Source of the DNA: an uncultured Gammaproteobacteria bacterium
Lineage (GTDB): Bacteria; Patescibacteriota; Patescibacteriia; UBA9934
Length of the DNA: 64,000 bases
Direction of reading: 5' to 3'
Assembly (NCBI GenBank): GCA_964569575.1
Contig: CAZMTL010000004.1
Coordinates: forward strand, 8,959 to 72,958
The notes under the pieces are model-generated. The model worked only from the letters and a program-made list of their open reading frames with translations, was not told the origin of the DNA and made no database searches. Both the position numbers and the translations under genes were made by a program. This document shows positions 61,359 to 64,000 of the stretch, piece after piece. Position 1 is the first letter of the stretch. Each line of letters opens with the position of its first letter.

Positions 61359-62383
61359 ACTTTTCGTGTAGAGAGTGAATAAAGAAAAAGAAAGACAACG
61401 AAGAAAAGGATCAACAAAGCAATTACCTTCTGCCAGCTTTCAAAAATCAACGTCGTAATTCCAAAAATAAACGAAAACGCAAAATACAACAAGACAACCT
61501 GCCTCTGCGACAGTCCGGCCGCAAGCAAACGATGATGCAAATGACGCGTATCCGCCGTCGTCACATTATTGACTCCGCCTCGCGCGCGAGAATAAATAAC
61601 AAACAACACATCGAGCGCCGGAATACCAATAATCAACAACGCCGTCATAATCTTACTACCCGAAATGACCGCTAAAACCCCAAGCAAATACCCTAAAAAC
61701 GTACTCCCGCCCTCCCCAAGAAAAATCGAAGCCGGGTGCCAGTTCCACACAAAGAACCCACCAATCGCCGCGACAGCAATCAGTGAAAGCAACGCAACGT
61801 CTGGCTGATAAAATGCGGTCGAAAGCGCCAACGCCGCAATCACCAGTCCGCCAATTCCAACCACACCACTCGCCAAGCCATCGACACCATCGAGCAATTT
61901 GGTCGTATAAATCATCCCCATCAACCAAACAAAGGTAAGTACAGCCGAAACAGCCTGCCCAATCTCGAAAAATCCTCCAAGTGGATTTGTTAATTTAGAA
62001 ACTCCAATACCCGAAGCAACGGCAACCGCAACGGCGAGCAAAGGAAACAAAATAGAATGCCGCGGGCGCAAGTCATACAAATCATCCAAAACACCGCCAA
62101 CAATCAACACCGCTCCCCCAAGTAAAAATCCAAAAATCTGCTTCGCCTCAATTGCCCCCGCAACAAAGTGATTTGTAGCAAAAAAGACAATTAAGGTAAT
62201 CAAAGCAAATGCACCGTACACGCCAATCCCTCCGCCAAGCGGCATTAATCCTTGGTGCAGCTTCCGAACCCCTCCCCCAACATCGACAAGTCCAAATTGC
62301 GGAGCGAGGCGTCGAACCATAGCGACAAAAAACAGCGAAACAACAAACGCGCCGGCAACGGGAATAATCCACCAAAGAGACAT
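61355..62383 (-). CDS. glycosyltransferase family 4 polyprenyl-phosphate sugar-1-phosphate transferase (MraY/WecA family)
   Basis: LLDGVDGLASG motif in a polytopic membrane protein, adjacent to an ABC-2 exporter, which favours WecA/TagO-like over MraY. Confidence 0.75.
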   Translation of the reverse strand: MSLWWIIPVAGAFVVSLFFVAMVRRLAPQFGLVDVGGGVRKLHQGLMPLGGGIGVYGAFALITLIVFFATNHFVAGAIEAKQIFGFLLGGAVLIVGGVLDDLYDLRPRHSILFPLLAVAVAVASGIGVSKLTNPLGGFFEIGQAVSAVLTFVWLMGMIYTTKLLDGVDGLASGVVGIGGLVIAALALSTAFYQPDVALLSLIAVAAIGGFFVWNWHPASIFLGEGGSTFLGYLLGVLAVISGSKIMTALLIIGIPALDVLFVIYSRARGGVNNVTTADTRHLHHRLLAAGLSQRQVVLLYFAFSFIFGITTLIFESWQKVIALLILFFVVFLFLYSLSTRKV

Positions 62384-62384
62384 A

Positions 62385-63146
62385 CTAAGTTTTTAACTTA
62401 TACCCGGTCGAAAAAATCCAACTTGCAAGTACAAAATTAAACAAGAAAATACTACTCACCACCAAAATCGACAGCCAAATAGGCGCATCTCCTGTGCCGA
62501 TAAATCCGTATCTAAACCCATCCACCAAGTACAAAAATGGATTAAATCGACCAACCGTCTGAACAACTCCAGGCATCGCCGAAAGCGAGAAGAACACTCC
62601 GCCCAAATACATCATCGGCGTCAACACAAATGTTTGCACCATCGACGCTTTGTCGAAACTAGGCATCAACACTCCGATCACAATTCCGAATGCCGAAAAT
62701 GTTCCAGAAAGAAGAAGAGCAAACAAAATAATCAAAAACGGATGCGCGAACGGCACCGGCGCAAAAAACAATCCAACAAGTAACGTGACGATTCCAACTA
62801 GCAACCCCCGCCACATACCTGCCAATACATACGCAAACGTAATTTCGAATCCCTTCAAAGGAATACGAAGTAAATCGCTAATAATATTTGTATACTTACT
62901 AATAATCAATGACGACATCGGATTCTGGTACGCGTTCATCATCAAAGACATCGCTACCAATCCTGGGATCAATACCTGCAAATAACTATACCCATCAAAA
63001 AACGAAACACGTGTCGAAAGCGCAAAACCAAAAATAGTCATGTACAGCACATTTGTGATCACCGGAGCAATCACCGTCTGCGTCCACACTTCACGAAACC
63101 GACCAACTTCTTTTCTAAGCAATGTAAAAGTTCCTAGCACGTTCAT
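62385..63146 (-). CDS. ABC-2 type transporter permease (Wzm/TagG-like)
   Basis: Six TM helices, translationally coupled to the ATPase. Confidence 0.75.
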   Translation of the reverse strand: MNVLGTFTLLRKEVGRFREVWTQTVIAPVITNVLYMTIFGFALSTRVSFFDGYSYLQVLIPGLVAMSLMMNAYQNPMSSLIISKYTNIISDLLRIPLKGFEITFAYVLAGMWRGLLVGIVTLLVGLFFAPVPFAHPFLIILFALLLSGTFSAFGIVIGVLMPSFDKASMVQTFVLTPMMYLGGVFFSLSAMPGVVQTVGRFNPFLYLVDGFRYGFIGTGDAPIWLSILVVSSIFLFNFVLASWIFSTGYKLKT

Positions 63147-64000
63147 ACAGTTTTAGTCATTTGCAAAAACACGTCTTCAAGCGAAGGTTCGATAACTCGA
63201 AAATTCATCATCGGTAAATCAGCATTCGCAACAGCCGAAAGTACACGCTTATAATCAGATTCTTCAAAGGTGAGCGTTAATTGCATGCCATTTATTTCAG
63301 GAGAAAAAACAGCAAGCTGCGGAGGAACGGTCGAAATCGACTTCGCTAATGCAATCACAAATTTACGTGTCGATTGAAAACGATCCTTTAATGCCTTTTT
63401 GGTATCGAGCGCAACCAATTCACCTTTATTAATGATCGCGATACGTTCACACAGCAATTCCACTTCTTCCAAATAATGTGAAGTAAGTACAATAGTCGTT
63501 CCTTGTTTATTCAATTCGCGCACCAAATCATACAAATCATGCCGCAATTCCACATCCACTCCCGCAGTAGGCTCGTCGAGCACAATCACTTTTGGACGAT
63601 GAATAAGCGCACGAGCAATCATGACACGACGCTTCATTCCTCCCGATAGTTCTCGAAGTTTTGAATGTAGCTTATCAGTCAAACTTAATCGATCAAGCAA
63701 ATCAGCTAAATATGCTTCATCAACTTTCTGATTATAGTAGCCGAACTGATACCGTAGCACCTTGTTCACATCAAAAAACGAATCAAACGCCAATTCCTGA
63801 GGAACAATGCCGACAGAATTTTTCACAAACGAAGGATCTTCATCGATATCCTTTCCGAATACCATAGCCTTCCCAGAATTCTTCTGCGTAATGCCCGCCA
63901 AAATATTAATAAGCGTCGATTTACCTGCGCCATTTGGCCCAAGTAAGCCAAAAAACTCACCTTCCTCGACAGCTAAATCAAGGTTTTTCAAAGCGTGAAC
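63143..64000 (-). CDS. ABC transporter ATP-binding protein (Wzt/TagH-like), 5'-truncated by the window edge
   Basis: Walker A GPNGAGKST, signature LSGGMKRR and Walker B VIVLDEPT. The frame is still open at position 64000. Confidence 0.85.
   Translation of the reverse strand, partial: VHALKNLDLAVEEGEFFGLLGPNGAGKSTLINILAGITQKNSGKAMVFGKDIDEDPSFVKNSVGIVPQELAFDSFFDVNKVLRYQFGYYNQKVDEAYLADLLDRLSLTDKLHSKLRELSGGMKRRVMIARALIHRPKVIVLDEPTAGVDVELRHDLYDLVRELNKQGTTIVLTSHYLEEVELLCERIAIINKGELVALDTKKALKDRFQSTRKFVIALAKSISTVPPQLAVFSPEINGMQLTLTFEESDYKRVLSAVANADLPMMNFRVIEPSLEDVFLQMTKTV

Overview
The window looks like a gene-dense chromosomal segment from a small, reduced bacterial genome, possibly Patescibacteria/CPR-like. 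Background GC is about 45%. Most genes sit on the minus strand, with short intergenic gaps and frequent 4-nt start/stop overlaps. Recognisable housekeeping genes include gatCA, ligA, lgt, recJ, lepA, mnmA, dnaX, cysS, nth, gpmI, mraZ-rsmH-ftsL, uvrC, uvrA, uvrB, rplJ-rplL, rplU, dnaB, ybaB-recR and greA. A type IV pilus cluster is present (prepilin peptidase, pilin, receiver domain, PilM), and there are two paralogous tRNA-Gln genes (CUG and UUG). Envelope and other genes include M23 peptidase, DsbA-like, MltG, PAP2, DUF2207, a clan GH-A hydrolase, a GT4 MraY/WecA-like transferase, an ABC-2 exporter and a VirD4/TraG-like ATPase. I found no transposase or integrase genes, no CRISPR array and no rRNA. 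At least six short islands have 55-65% GC against this background. They sit at breaks in conserved operons and encode only hypothetical proteins or no convincing protein. The most notable is a 740-nt palindrome-rich element with GNRA hairpins between uvrB and uvrA, ending in its own plus-strand terminator. It is a candidate large structured ncRNA. The others are a GC-contrasting tandem pair of degenerate-Nudix paralogs downstream of a palindrome-rich control region, a two-gene 69-aa + 69-aa cassette with strong SDs, and three further GC-rich ORF islands. All coordinates and functions are inferred by eye from the sequence and ORF track, with no database searches, and start codons are approximate.
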